Of a DNA stretch of 64,000 nucleotides, positions 1-13,937 are shown piece after piece; position 1 is the first letter of the stretch, and every line of letters begins with the position of its first letter. The DNA lies in contig MU006089.1 in NCBI GenBank assembly GCA_010093705.1, positions 1,056,455 through 1,120,454 of the forward strand, given 5' to 3'. The position numbers and the translations under genes are program-made. The notes under the pieces are model-generated. The model did not search any database. It had not been told where the DNA came from and was given only the letters and a program-made list of their open reading frames with translations. This stretch comes from Patellaria atrata CBS 101060 (lineage: Eukaryota).

Positions 1-607
1 AGCACGTCATATCGTTACTTCCAATCACGAAGACTCTGACTCCACCAGGCACGGCTAATGGGGAAGCACCTCAATGGACTTCAGAAACACCACATACTAC
101 TGCCCAGCTAGAGCAGCAGGCAAAGCTTATACGGGACATCCTTCGGCACCAGTCACAGAGCCCTACTAGCCGAGCAATCAATCAACTTGTTAAAGGATGC
201 CAGATGGCGATGCATTCCGCTACCATACTTGCAAAGGAGAATTTAGAGCTTCGTACAGAAAATCAACGTCGAAAACGGAAGCAGCAGCACCGCCGAAGGT
301 ATATCGCGCATGGAGGGGCTCTACAGGCTCAGCAGGCCCAGCTTATAGCTGAGGAGTTGGAAAATATGGAGCAGGAGGCCGACCAGAACTGGGCTGGTCA
401 GACGCGACAGCGAGCAGCACCAACGTGCTCTAACTGCCATATCCAAGGCCACACAAGGCGTCAATGTACTAGTGTCTCAAGTAGCTCCTAAGTATAATTT
501 TATTTGAATATATTTTGTTGTAGTGGAGTAATTGTATGAAAACGCTGGTTGATCTTGGTGGGGTGTCCCACTGAGTGGTGTGTCCCACTGACTGGTAAAG
601 CACGTTA
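1..607 (+). mobile_element. 3' end of a pogo/Fot1-like (Tc1/mariner superfamily) DNA transposon; the 5' part lies outside the window
   Basis: Transposase C-terminus is followed by a terminus at ~561-605 that reads ACGTGCTTTACCAGTCAGTGGGACACACCACTCAGTGGGACACCC on the minus strand. It begins with ACGT and has an internal direct repeat GTGTCCCACTGA at 563-574 and 580-591, as in Fot1/Tan1/Vader-type TIRs. TA follows at 606-607, the expected target site. Confidence 0.85.
3..491 (+). CDS. pogo/Fot1-like transposase, C-terminal part (partial)
   Basis: Frame is open from base 3 (HVISLLPITKTLTPPG...SQSPTSRAINQLVKGCQMAMHSATILAKEN...RKRK) and ends in a CCHC knuckle CSNCHIQGHTRRQC, typical of fungal Fot1 transposase tails. 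Confidence 0.85.
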   Translation, partial: HVISLLPITKTLTPPGTANGEAPQWTSETPHTTAQLEQQAKLIRDILRHQSQSPTSRAINQLVKGCQMAMHSATILAKENLELRTENQRRKRKQQHRRRYIAHGGALQAQQAQLIAEELENMEQEADQNWAGQTRQRAAPTCSNCHIQGHTRRQCTSVSSSS

Positions 608-2121
608 GCGCGGTGTTATCGAATATTAGAATTTACTTCCTTGGACCCTTTTACGCTTAGATTATACAGAGAGTTCTAAGGTAGTTTAATAGACTAAGCT
701 GATAACCATGATGCATTTTTAATAGTTGGTCTATGTATTTAATACGCAGTCCAATATATCCCCTCCCTTATTCCACAGTGGATATGTTGAAATTCCTGCT
801 CCTTTGATACATATACGCGTAACCCCCTATTCTGGAAAGATAGCCCATCCCCCGAAAATGCATGGTTAACGTAATCGTACAAACGCGAGCGTCTCGGACA
901 TTCTGGTCTGCACGATCCAGTAGAGTAAGAGATCCCTTGCAGACAGTACAGTGACTACCAGTATAAGAATAGGGGAGGGGTAATCGTGTCGCATAGCTTC
1001 AGATTCACCTTACCTTAGCGTATATCAAAAGCCTTCCATCTCTATTTGCGTATGGCCAAACGTCACCGGTGTCAATTATGTCCTATTTCCGCTCTTCCTA
1101 AAATTTGATGCCCGTCGATACCGGTACGCTTGCTACAGATACAATGGACTCACTGTCTACCAGCACAGTTTCTGATCTCTACGGTTTGTATAGGAAAGTT
1201 GGATCTTCTTAATGTAGGGTTACAGTTAGTCATATACGACAAATCAGGGGAGAGATCCAGGGCAAAACGGTTGGATCACAGATGCTACCCATGAGGACAT
1301 GAACGGAACATTATCCTGGGGTAGGACGGAACTATACTCTCTAAACTGATTGATGTAGCGCAGTGTCATATCCTGGATCTCGACAATCCACGGCTGCGAG
1401 ATTGAAAAACTGTCCCGGGACCTTCGAGCAAGAGAATCCCGTTGGTGTAACGCAGTCATCTGCTCACATAGTATTCTTTTCCTTGCACGTAGAGCAATAA
1501 CAACAAATGATGCATTTTCAAAGCCGGCATACGTTCTGAATTATTACGTGTATCCCCAGTTGTTGTAGTACGGTGGGTAGGGTAGGAGGCAATTCCCTAT
1601 AGCATGTAAATTGGGAGCAGTGTAGCTATAACTATGATTCAATCTCTAATACCTGGTGTACGATGCTTTCTCCGCAATTGCGATCGCGACATTTATTATG
1701 GCGCACCAGCAGCGACAATTCTCTCTTAATACAATTCCAATTGCGATTGCGGTTGCAGGATATATGGTAACGTGAACAACTGAGGCCCATATTCGTCTCT
1801 GATGAGTCCTCGTGAAATTATTGGGAATCATTTGTTATGTAGCTGCTCCAGTTGAAGTCAGCCGTTGAAATAAGTTGATGCGGCTCTGCTGCTAGCGCAG
1901 ACCATCCAACACGTTTACAGCATCGGAGCTACCTTGACCTCCTTATTCCAGATCATCACAAACTCCACATAATCACAATCTTTCTCATTCCCACTTTCGC
2001 GCCCCAGGCGTTTAATTTTTCTGCTCTAATTCTCTTCGGTCTCTTAAGTATCTAATTTGAGCCCGAGCCACCACAATTTGATGACGGCGCCCGAAGTCGA
2101 GTATCGCAAACATCGTCAGTA

Positions 2122-5100
2122 ATGGCTACTCTACCTATAAAGTTCACTGAGCTACTTCAGGTGAGATCTGATGACAATTTCCGACGTGAAATTTATACTG
2201 ACGTGATCTCTTTAGCTATCTCAACTTGACGTTGCAGTACGTATCCTTATCGTCCGTAAATAACACTTTCCAAGACGCCTCTAACAATTTTCCGCAGCCT
2301 GCCTCCATAGGGTTCAATGCATGCGTAAGCTCTAATCTCTCATAATCTGCGACGATAGTCATTCATCTAATGTTTTATTAGACGCTAGAATCGGATTCCT
2401 TTATTTGCATCCGGCAAAAAGTTGACGAAAACTCTCAACCTGAAGTCATCATCATTGAGCTCAAGAATGGCAACAACATCATACGGAGGCCTATAAAGGC
2501 CGACAGTGCTATCATGCATTGGACTAAGCAGATAATAGCGCTTAAGGCACAGTCAAGGACATTACAAATCTTTGACTTGGCGCAGAAAGCGAAGCTGAAG
2601 TCCACTACTATGAACGAGGATGTTGCTTTCTGGAAATGGTACAACGAGACGAGTCTCGGTTTGGTGACAGATACCGCTGTTTATCATTGGAATATCTTCG
2701 ACCCGAACCAGGCCGCACCTCAAAAGGTTTTCGAGAGAAATCCGAATCTGAACGTAAGATACCCTTGGCTATTTGATTGCCCTTAATGCGATTCTGACAT
2801 TTCATTTCCTTAGGGTTGCCAAATTATCAATTACCGTGTTAGCGATGACGAACAGTGGGCTGTTTGTGTCGGAATATCCTCGCAGCAAGGTCGCGTAGTC
2901 GGAGCCATGCAGCTCTACTCAAGAGCTAGAGGCATCAGTCAGTCGATTGAAGGTCACGCCGCAGCCTTCGGAACTATTAGATTAGAAGGCGCTCCTGCAG
3001 ATTCAAAACTTTTCACTTTCGCCGTACGTACGGCGACAGGCGCAAAGCTTCATATCGTCGAGGTTGATCACCAGCCCCCGAATCCGACATTCCAGAAGAG
3101 GAACACTGATGTCTACTTCCCACCTGAAGCCACAAATGACTTTCCAGTCGCAATGCAGGTCTCAAAGAAATATAGTGTTATCTATATGGTCACGAAATAT
3201 GGCTTCATCCATCTGTACGACTTGGAGACTGGCGCCTGTATCTTTATGAATCGTATCTCGAGTGAAACTATTTTTGTCACAACCCCAGACTCGGAATCCT
3301 CAGGTATCGTTGGTGTCAATCGGAAAGGACAAGTCCTGTCAGTTTCGGTTGACGAGACCAAAATTGTCCCGTATCTCCTACAGAATCCGGCGAACGGGGA
3401 GCTTGCGTATAAACTAGCATCCCGGGCGGGTCTCCCTGGAGCGGACAACCTATACCAGCAACGTTTCGACCAACTATTAAACTCAGGACAATATGCGGAA
3501 GCTGCAAAGACCGCAGCGAACTCACCCCGTGGATTTCTACGGACACCACAAACTATCGAGCGATTCAAGGCAATACCTGCACAGCCTGGTCAATTATCTG
3601 TCATCCTGCAATACTTCGGTATGCTCTTAGATAAGGGCAAACTTAATCAGCATGAAACGCTGGAATTAGTTCGACCCGTTCTTTCACAAGGTCGAAAACA
3701 TCTGCTTGAAAAATGGATGGGCGAAGGGAAACTGGAGAGTTCTGAGCAGTTAGGTGATATTGTTCGACCGCACGATCTGTCACTTGCTCTTACCATTTAT
3801 CAAAATGCCACTGCTCCTCAAAAGGTTGTTGCTGCGTTGGCGGAACTGGGCAATTTCGAACAGATTATACCGTACTCCAAGAGCGTAGGGTACACGCCCG
3901 ATTTCACTGTGCTCTTACAGCATATCGTCCGTGTCTCACCAGATAAAGCAGCGGAGTTTGCCAGTACTCTTGCAAAGGATGAGAACGGCCCACTTATCGA
4001 CATTGATCGCGCTGTTGACATTTTCCAATCGCAGGGTATGGTGCAGCAAGCAACGGCCTTCCTCCTCGATGTGCTAAGTTCAAATTTGCCCGAGCATGCT
4101 CATCTTCAAACCAAGCTTCTTGAGATGAACTTGTTGAACGCTCCGCAAGTTGCTGATGCTATTTTGGGTAACCAGATGTTCTCTTACTATGACAAACCAC
4201 GAATTGCTCAGCTTTGTGAGAACGCTGGCTTATTGACGAGAGCACTTGAGCACAATGATGATCCTGCAGCAATCAAGAGAATTATCGTTCAAACCGATAA
4301 GTTCCCTGAGGAATGGTTGCTCAACTACTTCGGACAGTTGACTGTGGAATTATCCTTGGACTGCCTGAATGAGATGCTTCGTACCAACATTCGCCAGAAC
4401 CTTCAGGTTGTTATTCGTATCGCCCAGAAATACTCCGATCTTATTGGACCAACCCGCATTATCGACCTCCTCGAGAAGTACCGTACCGCTGAAGGTCTAT
4501 ACTACTACCTTGGAAGTATCGTTAACATCAGCGAAGATAAAGATGTCACTTTCAAATATATCGAGGCGGCAACCCGCATGGGTCAACTCAACGAGGTAGA
4601 ACGTGTTTGTCGAGAAAGCAATTTTTATGACCCTGAAAAGGTCAAGAACTTCCTCAAAGAAGCAAAACTTACTGAGCAACTGCCACTAATCATCGTTTGC
4701 GATCGCTTTAACTTCATCCACGACCTTGTCCTATATCTTTACAAAAATCAACAATTCAAATCGATTGAAGTCTATGTACAACGTGTAAATCCCGCCAGGA
4801 CACCGGCGGTGATTGGTGGGCTTCTAGATGTTGATTGCGATGAGTCTATCATCAAGAGCCTACTACAATCAGTCAACCCTGCATCGATCCCGATAGACGA
4901 TCTTGTGGCTGAGGTAGAATCGCGCAACAGACTAAAGCTACTTCTACCATTCCTCGAGGCTACCCTGGCTGCTGGAAATCAACAACAAGCCGTTTACAAC
5001 GCCTTGGCTAAGATCTATATCGATAGTAACAATAATCCTGAGAAATTCTTGAAGGAGAACGATCAATATGATTCACTGGTCGTTGGTAAATACTGCGAGA

Positions 5101-7501
5101 AGCGTGATCCCAATCTGGCCTATATTGCCTATCGCAAGGGACAGAATGACTTGGAGCTGATCAATGTTACCAATGAGAACGCCATGTTCAGGGCTCAAGC
5201 TCGTTACCTTATTGAACGTGCTGATTTGGAGATCTGGGAATATGTCCTAAGCCCGAATAACATGCACAGGAGGTCATTAGTCGACCAGGTCACGGCTACA
5301 GCAGTTCCAGAATCTCAGGATCCCGATAAGGTTTCTGTCGCGGTTAAGGCTTTCATCGGCAGCGACATGCCAGCGGAACTGATTGAACTCCTAGAGAAAA
5401 TCATTCTTGAACCGTCCAGCTTCAGTGACAATTCCACTCTGCAGAATCTACTCATGCTTACTGCAGCGAAGTCCGACAGGGGAAGGATGATGGGTTACAT
5501 CCAACAGCTCAATGCATACACCCCAGAAGATATTGCAGAACAGTGCATTGAGCTTGGTATGTTCGAAGAGGCATTCGAGATCTATAAGAAGGACGATAAT
5601 CATATAGCTGCGGTCAACGTCCTTGTGGACCATGTTGTCAGTATCGACCGTGCACAAGACTATGCCGAGCGGGTTGACCTGCCAGAAGTATGGAGTAAGG
5701 TTGCCAAAGCACAATTAGATGGTCTCCGAATTTCTGATTCCGTCGATTCTTATATTCGAGCCCAAGATCCGTCAAACTTCAACGAAGTCATCGAAATAGC
5801 AACCCATGCTGGGAAGGACGACGATCTTATCAAATTCTTAAAGATGGCTCGTAAGACGCTGCGTGAGCCTCCGATCGATACTGGTCTAGCATTCTGTTAC
5901 GCAAGGACAAACCAACTTTCAGAACTAGAGGATTTCTTGCGGTCTACCAACGTCGCAGATGTTGAAGCATCCGGTGATAAGGCGTATGAAGAGGGTTACC
6001 ATGAGGCTGCGAAAATCTTCTTCACAAGCATTTCGAACTGGGCTAAACTAGCAACCACGCTTGTTCATCTAGAAGATTATCAATCTGCAGTCGAGTGCGC
6101 CCGTAAAGCAAATAGCACCAAGGTCTGGAAGCAGGTTAATGAAGCCTGCGTTGCTAAGAAGGAGTTCCGTCTCGCTCAGATTTGTGGCTTGAATCTTATC
6201 GTCCACGCTGAAGAGCTAGCCGATCTCGTCAAGCAGTATGAACGCAATGGGTACTTCGATGAGCTTATTGCACTCCTTGAAGCCGGTCTTGGACTTGAAC
6301 GCGCGCATATGGGCATGTTTACCGAACTTGGTATTGCTCTTTCCAAATATCACCCAGACAGAGTCATGGAGCACCTTCGTCTGTTCTGGTCGCGCATTAA
6401 CATTCCTAAAATGATTCGAGGCTGCGAGGAAGCACATCTGTGGCCCGAACTTGTCTTCCTGTATGCCCATTATGATGAATGGGATAACGCAGCTCTCGCT
6501 ATGATGGAACGTGCCTCTGATGCGTGGGAGCACCACTCATTCAAGGACACCGTTGTCAAGGTTGCTAACCTAGAAATCTACTATCGTGCCCTGAACTTCT
6601 ACCTTCAAGAGCAGCCTATGCTCCTGACCGATCTACTCCAAGCTCTTACCCCCAGGATCGATGTAAATCGTGTCGTCCGCATGTTCGAGAAATCCGATAA
6701 CATCCCCCTCATCAAACCCTTCCTTCTCAATGTCCAGCCACAAAACAAGAAGGCGGTAAACAATGCAATCAACGATCTCTTGATTGAGGAAGAGGACTAT
6801 AAGACCCTTAGAGATTCGGTAGAGAACTATGACAACTACGACCCCGTTGAGCTTGCTCAACGACTAGAACGCCACGATCTTGTCTTCTTCAGGCAGATCG
6901 CGGCCAACATCTACCGCAAGAACAAGCGCTGGGACAAGTCAATTGCGCTTTCAAAGCAAGATAAGCTCTACAAAGACGCTATTGAGACGGCCGCTATGTC
7001 CGGTAAACAAGAGGTCGTGGAGGAGTTGTTACGATATGTAAGTTTCTCCCGCCTACGAATTTCTATACGCGTCGTGCTAATAACGAATAGTTCGTGGATA
7101 TCGGTAGTCGCGAATGTTATGTAGGTATGCTATACGCATGTTACGATTTGATCCGTCCAGACGTGATTCTAGAGATGTCATGGCGCAGTGGACTGCACGA
7201 CTTCACGATGGTAAGTTTCTGCTCGGACATTTCCTGGCTTGTTTTAGTACTGACCCGTTCATAGCCCTACATGATCAACCTTCTCAGCCAGCAAACGGCA
7301 ACGATCGACTTATTAAAGAGGGACAACGAGGAACGGAAAGCCCGAGAAGCGGCAGAAAAGAAGGACGAAGACAACACGCCTATCCTAGGGGGAACTCGTC
7401 TTATGCTTACCCAAGGCCCTGTTGGAGGGGCACCGTCTCCAACGCCTTACGGTCAGCCGAACGGTATCGCACCACAGCCAACTGGCTACCGTGGGTTCTA
7501 A
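2122..7501 (+). CDS. CHC1: Clathrin heavy chain. Exons ~2122-2160, 2216-2236, 2298-2324, 2382-2753, 2814-7037, 7091-7210, 7265-7501
   Basis: Spliced N-terminus [55 protein letters not shown] propeller motif and clathrin repeats; every junction is GT-AG and keeps frame. Confidence 0.97.
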
Positions 7502-9246
7502 GTCAACCCTTGTGGACTTTCCAGGAGTGACATTCTGGATGTCAACAATGTAATATCTGGTTCAGTCTAGACCATTCTGAGAGAGAGTAGTGACCGGGCC
7601 GCCATCAAGAGCAAGGATAATATGGCCTTGTGTGCAGTTCTTTGATGTGTTCTCACGATATCTTTGGTGTGTGCATTTGGGTGGGAAAAGGTTCATATGC
7701 GTTGTACTCTAGTATATCTGAATTTCTGACCTCAAGCGCGTTTTCCTGCATCGGTGATCATGTAGAAGCTTTTCAACAAGCATCATGCTAAGGGTGGGCC
7801 TTCTCTTACATGGTGGTCTGGTCAGCTACTCGATTGGTGCCTGGGAGTAACTCTTTGATGTATTTGTTGGCCGCTATACATTCCTTCGGTCCACGGCTGT
7901 CGAGCCCCTAGATATTCCGTTGGACGTGAGTATAAAAGGACCGACATTACCCGAGTTTCCCATCGTTCAGGTTCTTGATATCCTTGCGGGAGATCCCATC
8001 TATCTGGCATATTGCAGATTCGCTTTATGCTTTACCGGCAGCCGAGGGAGCTTTCGGGCAGGTTGCTTGAAGGGTTGTGATGGTTCACATGAGCCTACGT
8101 AACGCCTTGTCGGTAATACAGTTATTGAAAAGTGCTCAACTTGGCATGTCCAAGCTCCTTATAGTCCTTTTGTTTTTGACCGCCCCCAGTATTAGCCGTG
8201 ACATATCAAGCTGTACGCCAATCAGACCGTACGCTTATACACCTGAACGCTTTTTCTTTTATTTCTTTTCGTTTCTACATTTCCCTCTTCCCTGGTAAGT
8301 ACAAGAAAAGAAAATAAATCTGCAGAATCTGAGAAGCATCACGCGTCCTGAAAAAGCTGCGAACATGCCCAACCATTTCGGATCGACAAGGGGGAGACTG
8401 CGGGAGGTACCTTTTACTTTGGTAATCGACTCAACAGATTTCCGAAGGCCATCGACTTAGTCACCAATTTAGTCACATTTCAATGTACCATCATTGTGAT
8501 TCACCTAATATACGTTATCAAGTGTGGGAGATGCTGAACTGTAGAATAATGGCTCGGGGTATAAATGATGTGTTACCGGAGATGAATAGGGAAAGCCGGC
8601 AAGAATATCAATTGAGACCCACCAGTAAGTAGAGTTCTACGGATACGAAGGTAAGAGCTACATGGAAATACAAGACATTACCTTATGATACAGGTATTGG
8701 TACAGTAAAATACAAGTAAGGTAGCTCTGAAGGTGCTGTACGGTCTTCCTTAGTATCGGGTACCTTATGTTCATGGCAATGAGTGCCTGAAAACGGCAGC
8801 AAGCTGGGAGAAGGGTTGAAGTCCGTTGACACCCCCCGCAGAAAACCATCGATTGGCAGATTGCTCACCCCAAGCTCCTTATCAAGGCGGAATCGCGGGG
8901 CACTCAGCCTGGTCAAAAACACCTTAAACATACATCACCGATGCATTCTCCAAGATCATTAGGTTGAGATTCGAAATATAACGGAGATATAAACCTTCCT
9001 TGCTTTCCTCCATCTTCTCATCACTTCTCACTCCTCTTTTCTCCGCCCAATTCTGGACTGTTAAGCTAAAAAAGCTAAAGCTTGAAGCTATCCCGACCTG
9101 TCCTCGGACATCGTCAAACACTTAAACTTGCCCCTCCGTACCCCAAAAGTTTCTTATTCCTTACGTTGACTCGTACATTTCCCGCCAGCGTACCTATACC
9201 TTCGCCTACTTCCCCTTCTCCCATCAGTGAACCCGAACGTTCCAAC

Positions 9247-12200
9247 ATGGCCGACAATGAGCAAGCTATTTCCGTTGAGGAGATTGACCACGATGCTGAG
9301 CATGAGAGACATGTTCACCGCAATAGCGTTCACCAGCGCTTGCGGGCGAACAGCTCTATCATGCAATTGAAGAAGCTCCTAGGTAAGTTATCCATCTCCT
9401 CTTGTGCCACAGTAGCTGTGCGATACCTGGACATTCGTTACTGTGCAATTGAGTCCCGACTTGTGGGAAATGTCCGTTGTTTTATCCAGTAGAGTCACGT
9501 ATAAAGTTTTTGAGTTATCTATACGATTGAGTTGTCGGTATAGTTGCTTAGAATTATCGTTCACTAAAATTTATACATCAACCGGGGTGGACATATCATT
9601 CCGAGGCTCCAGTACTGACTTCTGCAGTCGCCAACAGAGGTGAAATACCTATTCGAATCTTCAGAACCGCTCATGAGCTGTCCCTTCACACAGTAGCAGT
9701 ATACAGCTATGAGGATCGTCTTAGCATGCACAGGCAAAAGGCCGACGAGGCATATATTATTGGAAAGAGGGGTCAATACACTCCCGTTGCAGCCTACCTT
9801 GCTGGGGATGAGATTATAAAGATCGCTTTAGAGCATGAAGTGAACATGATCCATCCCGGTTATGGTTTCTTGAGCGAAAATGCCGAATTCGCCAGGAACG
9901 TCGAAAAAGCTGGTCTCATATTTGTGGGACCAACACCGGAGACCATCGATGCCCTTGGAGACAAAGTCTCCGCTAGGAGGCTCGCTATCAAATCCAAGGT
10001 GCCAGTAGTCCCAGGTACTGAAGGTCCCGTCGAGAGGTTTGAAGAGGTCAAGAAGTTCACTGATGAGTATGGATTCCCCATCATCATCAAGGCTGCTTTT
10101 GGTGGAGGTGGGCGTGGTATGAGAGTTGTCCGTGAGCAGGAGTCACTCAAAGACTCCTTCGAACGTGCTACTTCCGAAGCAAAGTCTGCTTTCGGTAACG
10201 GCACTGTCTTCGTTGAGCGTTTCCTCGACAAGCCGAAGCATATCGAAGTGCAGCTTCTTGGCGACAACCAAGGCAATGTTGTGCATTTATACGAGCGAGA
10301 CTGCAGTGTCCAACGTCGTCATCAAAAGGTCGTGGAGCTTGCTCCCGCTAAGGATCTCCCAGTAGAAGTTCGCGATAATATCCTGAACGATGCTGTCAGA
10401 CTCGCAAAATCAGTCAACTACCGAAACGCTGGTACAGCAGAGTTCTTGGTAGACCAGAAGAACAGGTACTATTTCATTGAGATCAATCCCAGAATCCAGG
10501 TTGAGCACACTATTACCGAAGAGATCACGGGTATCGACATTGTTGCTGCTCAAATTCAGATCGCTGCGGGTGCAACTCTAGCACAATTGGGTCTCACACA
10601 AGACCGGATATCTACTCGCGGGTTTGCCATCCAGTGTCGTATTACCACCGAAGATCCCTCCAAGGGCTTCTCTCCAGACACCGGAAAGATTGAGGTGTAC
10701 CGTTCTGCTGGCGGAAACGGTGTTCGCCTTGATGGTGGAAACGGCTTTGCCGGAGCTATCATCACGCCCCATTATGACTCCATGTTGGTCAAGTGCACAT
10801 GCCATGGCTCTACATACGAAATTGTGCGCAGGAAGATGTTGCGTGCATTGGTTGAATTCCGCATTCGCGGCGTTAAGACGAACATTCCTTTCTTAGCTTC
10901 CCTCCTCACACATCCTACTTTCATCGAAGGCACCTGCTGGACAACTTTCATCGATGATACGTATGTATCTCTATATCACCAATTGCATTAATCATACTAA
11001 CGTGAAAATAGACCAGAACTTTTCGCCCTCATCAACAGCCAGAACCGTGCTCAGAAACTTCTCACTTACCTCGGAGACCTGGCTGTCAATGGCAGTCAAA
11101 TCAAGGGCCAAATCGGCGAGCCAAAGTTTAAGGGGGATGTCGTTATGCCAACACTTACCACTCATGACGCAAAGACTATTGAGGTCTCTAAACCCTGCGA
11201 AACGGGTTGGAGGAACATCATCGTCAAAGAGGGTCCAGCCGCATTTGCTAAGGCTGTTAGGGCAAATAAGGGCTGTCTTATCATGGATACGACTTGGAGA
11301 GATGCTCATCAGTCACTATTAGCTACCAGAGTCCGTACAGTCGACATGCTGAACATTGCCAAAGAGACTAGCCATGCTCTTAGCAATGCATGGGCTCTGG
11401 AATGCTGGGGTGGTGCGACCTTTGATGTCGCCATGCGCTTTCTCTATGAGGATCCTTGGGACAGGTTGAGGAAGATGAGGAAAGCTGTTCCCAACATCCC
11501 GTTCCAGATGTTGCTTCGTGGCGCTAACGGCGTGGCATATTCATCGTAAGTTCTCCCGTTTTAATTTCTTCAATATTCCAGTTAACATTTTAGCCTACCC
11601 GACAACGCTATTTACCACTTCTGTGAGCAAGCCAAGAAGAATGGTGTCGATATCTTCCGTGTTTTCGACGCGCTCAACGATGTGGACCAGCTTGAAGTAG
11701 GAGTCAATGCCGTCCTAAAAGCCGGTGGTGTTGCAGAGGGTACCATGTGCTATAGTGGTGACATGCTGAACCCGAAGAAGAAGTACAACCTCCAATATTA
11801 CATGGATCTTGCAGAGAAGATCGTCGGTATGGGCGCACATGTTCTTGGCATTAAGGATATGGCTGGTGTTCTGAAGCCAAGGGCTGCAACGATGCTCATT
11901 GGTGAGTTGAGAAAGAAGTATCCAGATATGCCGATCCATGTTCATACTCACGATTCCGCTGGTACTGGTGTTGCATCAATGGTAGCTTGCGCCCAAGCAG
12001 GGGCTGACGCCGTCGATGCTGCAACAGACAGTATGTCTGGTATGACTTCACAACCTAGCATTGGTGCCATCCTTGCTTCATTGGAAGGTGGAGAGTTCGA
12101 CCCAGGCCTTGATGGGCATCTTGTCAGAGGTCTTGACGCATACTGGGCTCAATTACGATTACTGTACTCTCCATTCGAAGCTGGTCTTACTGGACCCGAC

Positions 12201-13227
12201 CCAGAAGTCTATGAGCACGAGATTCCAGGAGGACAGCTCACTAACCTTATCTTCCAGGCCTCTCAACAAGGTCTCGGAGAGAAATGGGCTCACACCAAGA
12301 AGGCATACGAGGAGGCCAATGATCTCCTAGGGGATATTGTCAAGGTCACCCCAACATCCAAGGTCGTGGGAGATCTAGCCCAGTTCATGGTATCTAATAA
12401 CCTTACCTATGACGATGTTATCAATAAAGCAGAGCAGCTAGACTTCCCCAGCTCCGTCCTCGAGTTCTTTGAGGGTCTCATGGGTCAGCCATACGGTGGT
12501 TTCCCTGAGCCTCTTCGCTCAAACGCTCTTCGTGGTCGCCGAAAGATGGACAAGAGGCCTGGTCTCTACCTTGACGCGGTCGACTTTGACAAGGTTCGCA
12601 AGGAGCTTAAGGAGAAGTGGGGTTCCGCATCTGAGACAGATGTCGCCAGTTACATCATGTACCCGAAAGTCTTCGACGACTACAAGAAATGGACACAGAC
12701 TTACGGTGACCTCAGCGTCCTTCCCACCAGGTTTTTCCTGGCCAAGCCTCAGATTGGAGAGGAGTTCCATGTCGAGCTTGAGAAGGGTAAGGTGCTCATC
12801 TTGAAGCTCCTCGCTGTCGGGCCGTTGTCAGAGCAGACGGGGCAGCGAGAGGTATTCTATGAGATGAACGGTGAGGTCAGACAGGTGACGATTGAAGATA
12901 AGCACGCAGCTGTAGAGAACGTGTCGAGGCCTAAGGCAGATCCGAACGATGGAAGCCAAGTTGGTGCGCCGATGGCTGGTGTTGTTGTTGAAGTTAGGGC
13001 TAAGGAGGGCCATGATATTAAGAAGGGAGATCCGATTGCTATTCTGAGCGCGATGAAAATGGTGAGTTTGACCCTAGTAACTTAGAATTTCTTATTTGGT
13101 TGATGTCTAACGGTGAGAATAGGAAATGGTCATCAGCGCGCCGCATTCCGGCAAGATTGAGTCTCTTCAAGTTACGGATGGCGATTCTGTCGGTGGTGGA
13201 GACTTGGTATGCAAGATTGTCAAATAG
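9247..13227 (+). CDS. PYC: Pyruvate carboxylase. Exons ~9247-9382, 9628-10960, 11012-11545, 11594-13061, 13123-13227
   Basis: Biotin carboxylase motifs (VANRGEIPIRIF, HPGYGFLSEN, ERDCSVQRRHQK), carboxyltransferase motifs (DTTWRDAHQS, HVHTHD, HEIPGGQ) and the biotinyl AMKM site. Confidence 0.97.
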
Positions 13228-13937
13228 TTTCGTTACGAGCATTTGTTAGGCTTGGAGATCTGAAGGTCAAAAAGGGTCCCGCTGAGAGCATCGTCGATCG
13301 GTTACTGTTCCGTCTTTAGTCCTTGACGCAACAGTTTACTACTGGGAGGTTAAGATATCTCTAGTATTGGCGGAAGGCTTCTGGGCGGATGCTACGGAGG
13401 CTTGATTTGATGTTAACGGCCTTCGCTTTCTTGAACTTACCTTATTCTCGGAAATTGGAGACATACGATAGGATACTGCCCAAGATTACTAAGGTATCCA
13501 TCTTTGTATTTTAAATCAGTCATTCAGTTCTGAACGAATGATAATCTGAATGGAACCTGAATGATAGGATGGATCCCATCTTCACATCACTATGATGTAG
13601 TTCTTGACCTTGACCTTGACACGGAATGCGGGGGATTCATGTAAGGGTATTGTTCCTTAAGATCTTGGGATTGTGATTGGTTGAGGTGGGTAGAAATGGT
13701 CACAAGAGTAAGCTGCGGCCGCAAACAATGGGAAATGATGATGATTTGCATGTTGATCTACCATTGTTTAAGACTACCTTGACCGCTTCTATATACGGAC
13801 TCTTTCTTTCAATCCCCTGAACTCAACACTCACAATTCATCACTGCAGAGTCTCATAAACGTTCAAAAGCTACAACATTTTCAATCACGCCCTCTTCAAA
13901 CCACTCGAACCTATACCTTCTGAAAACACTTCATACA

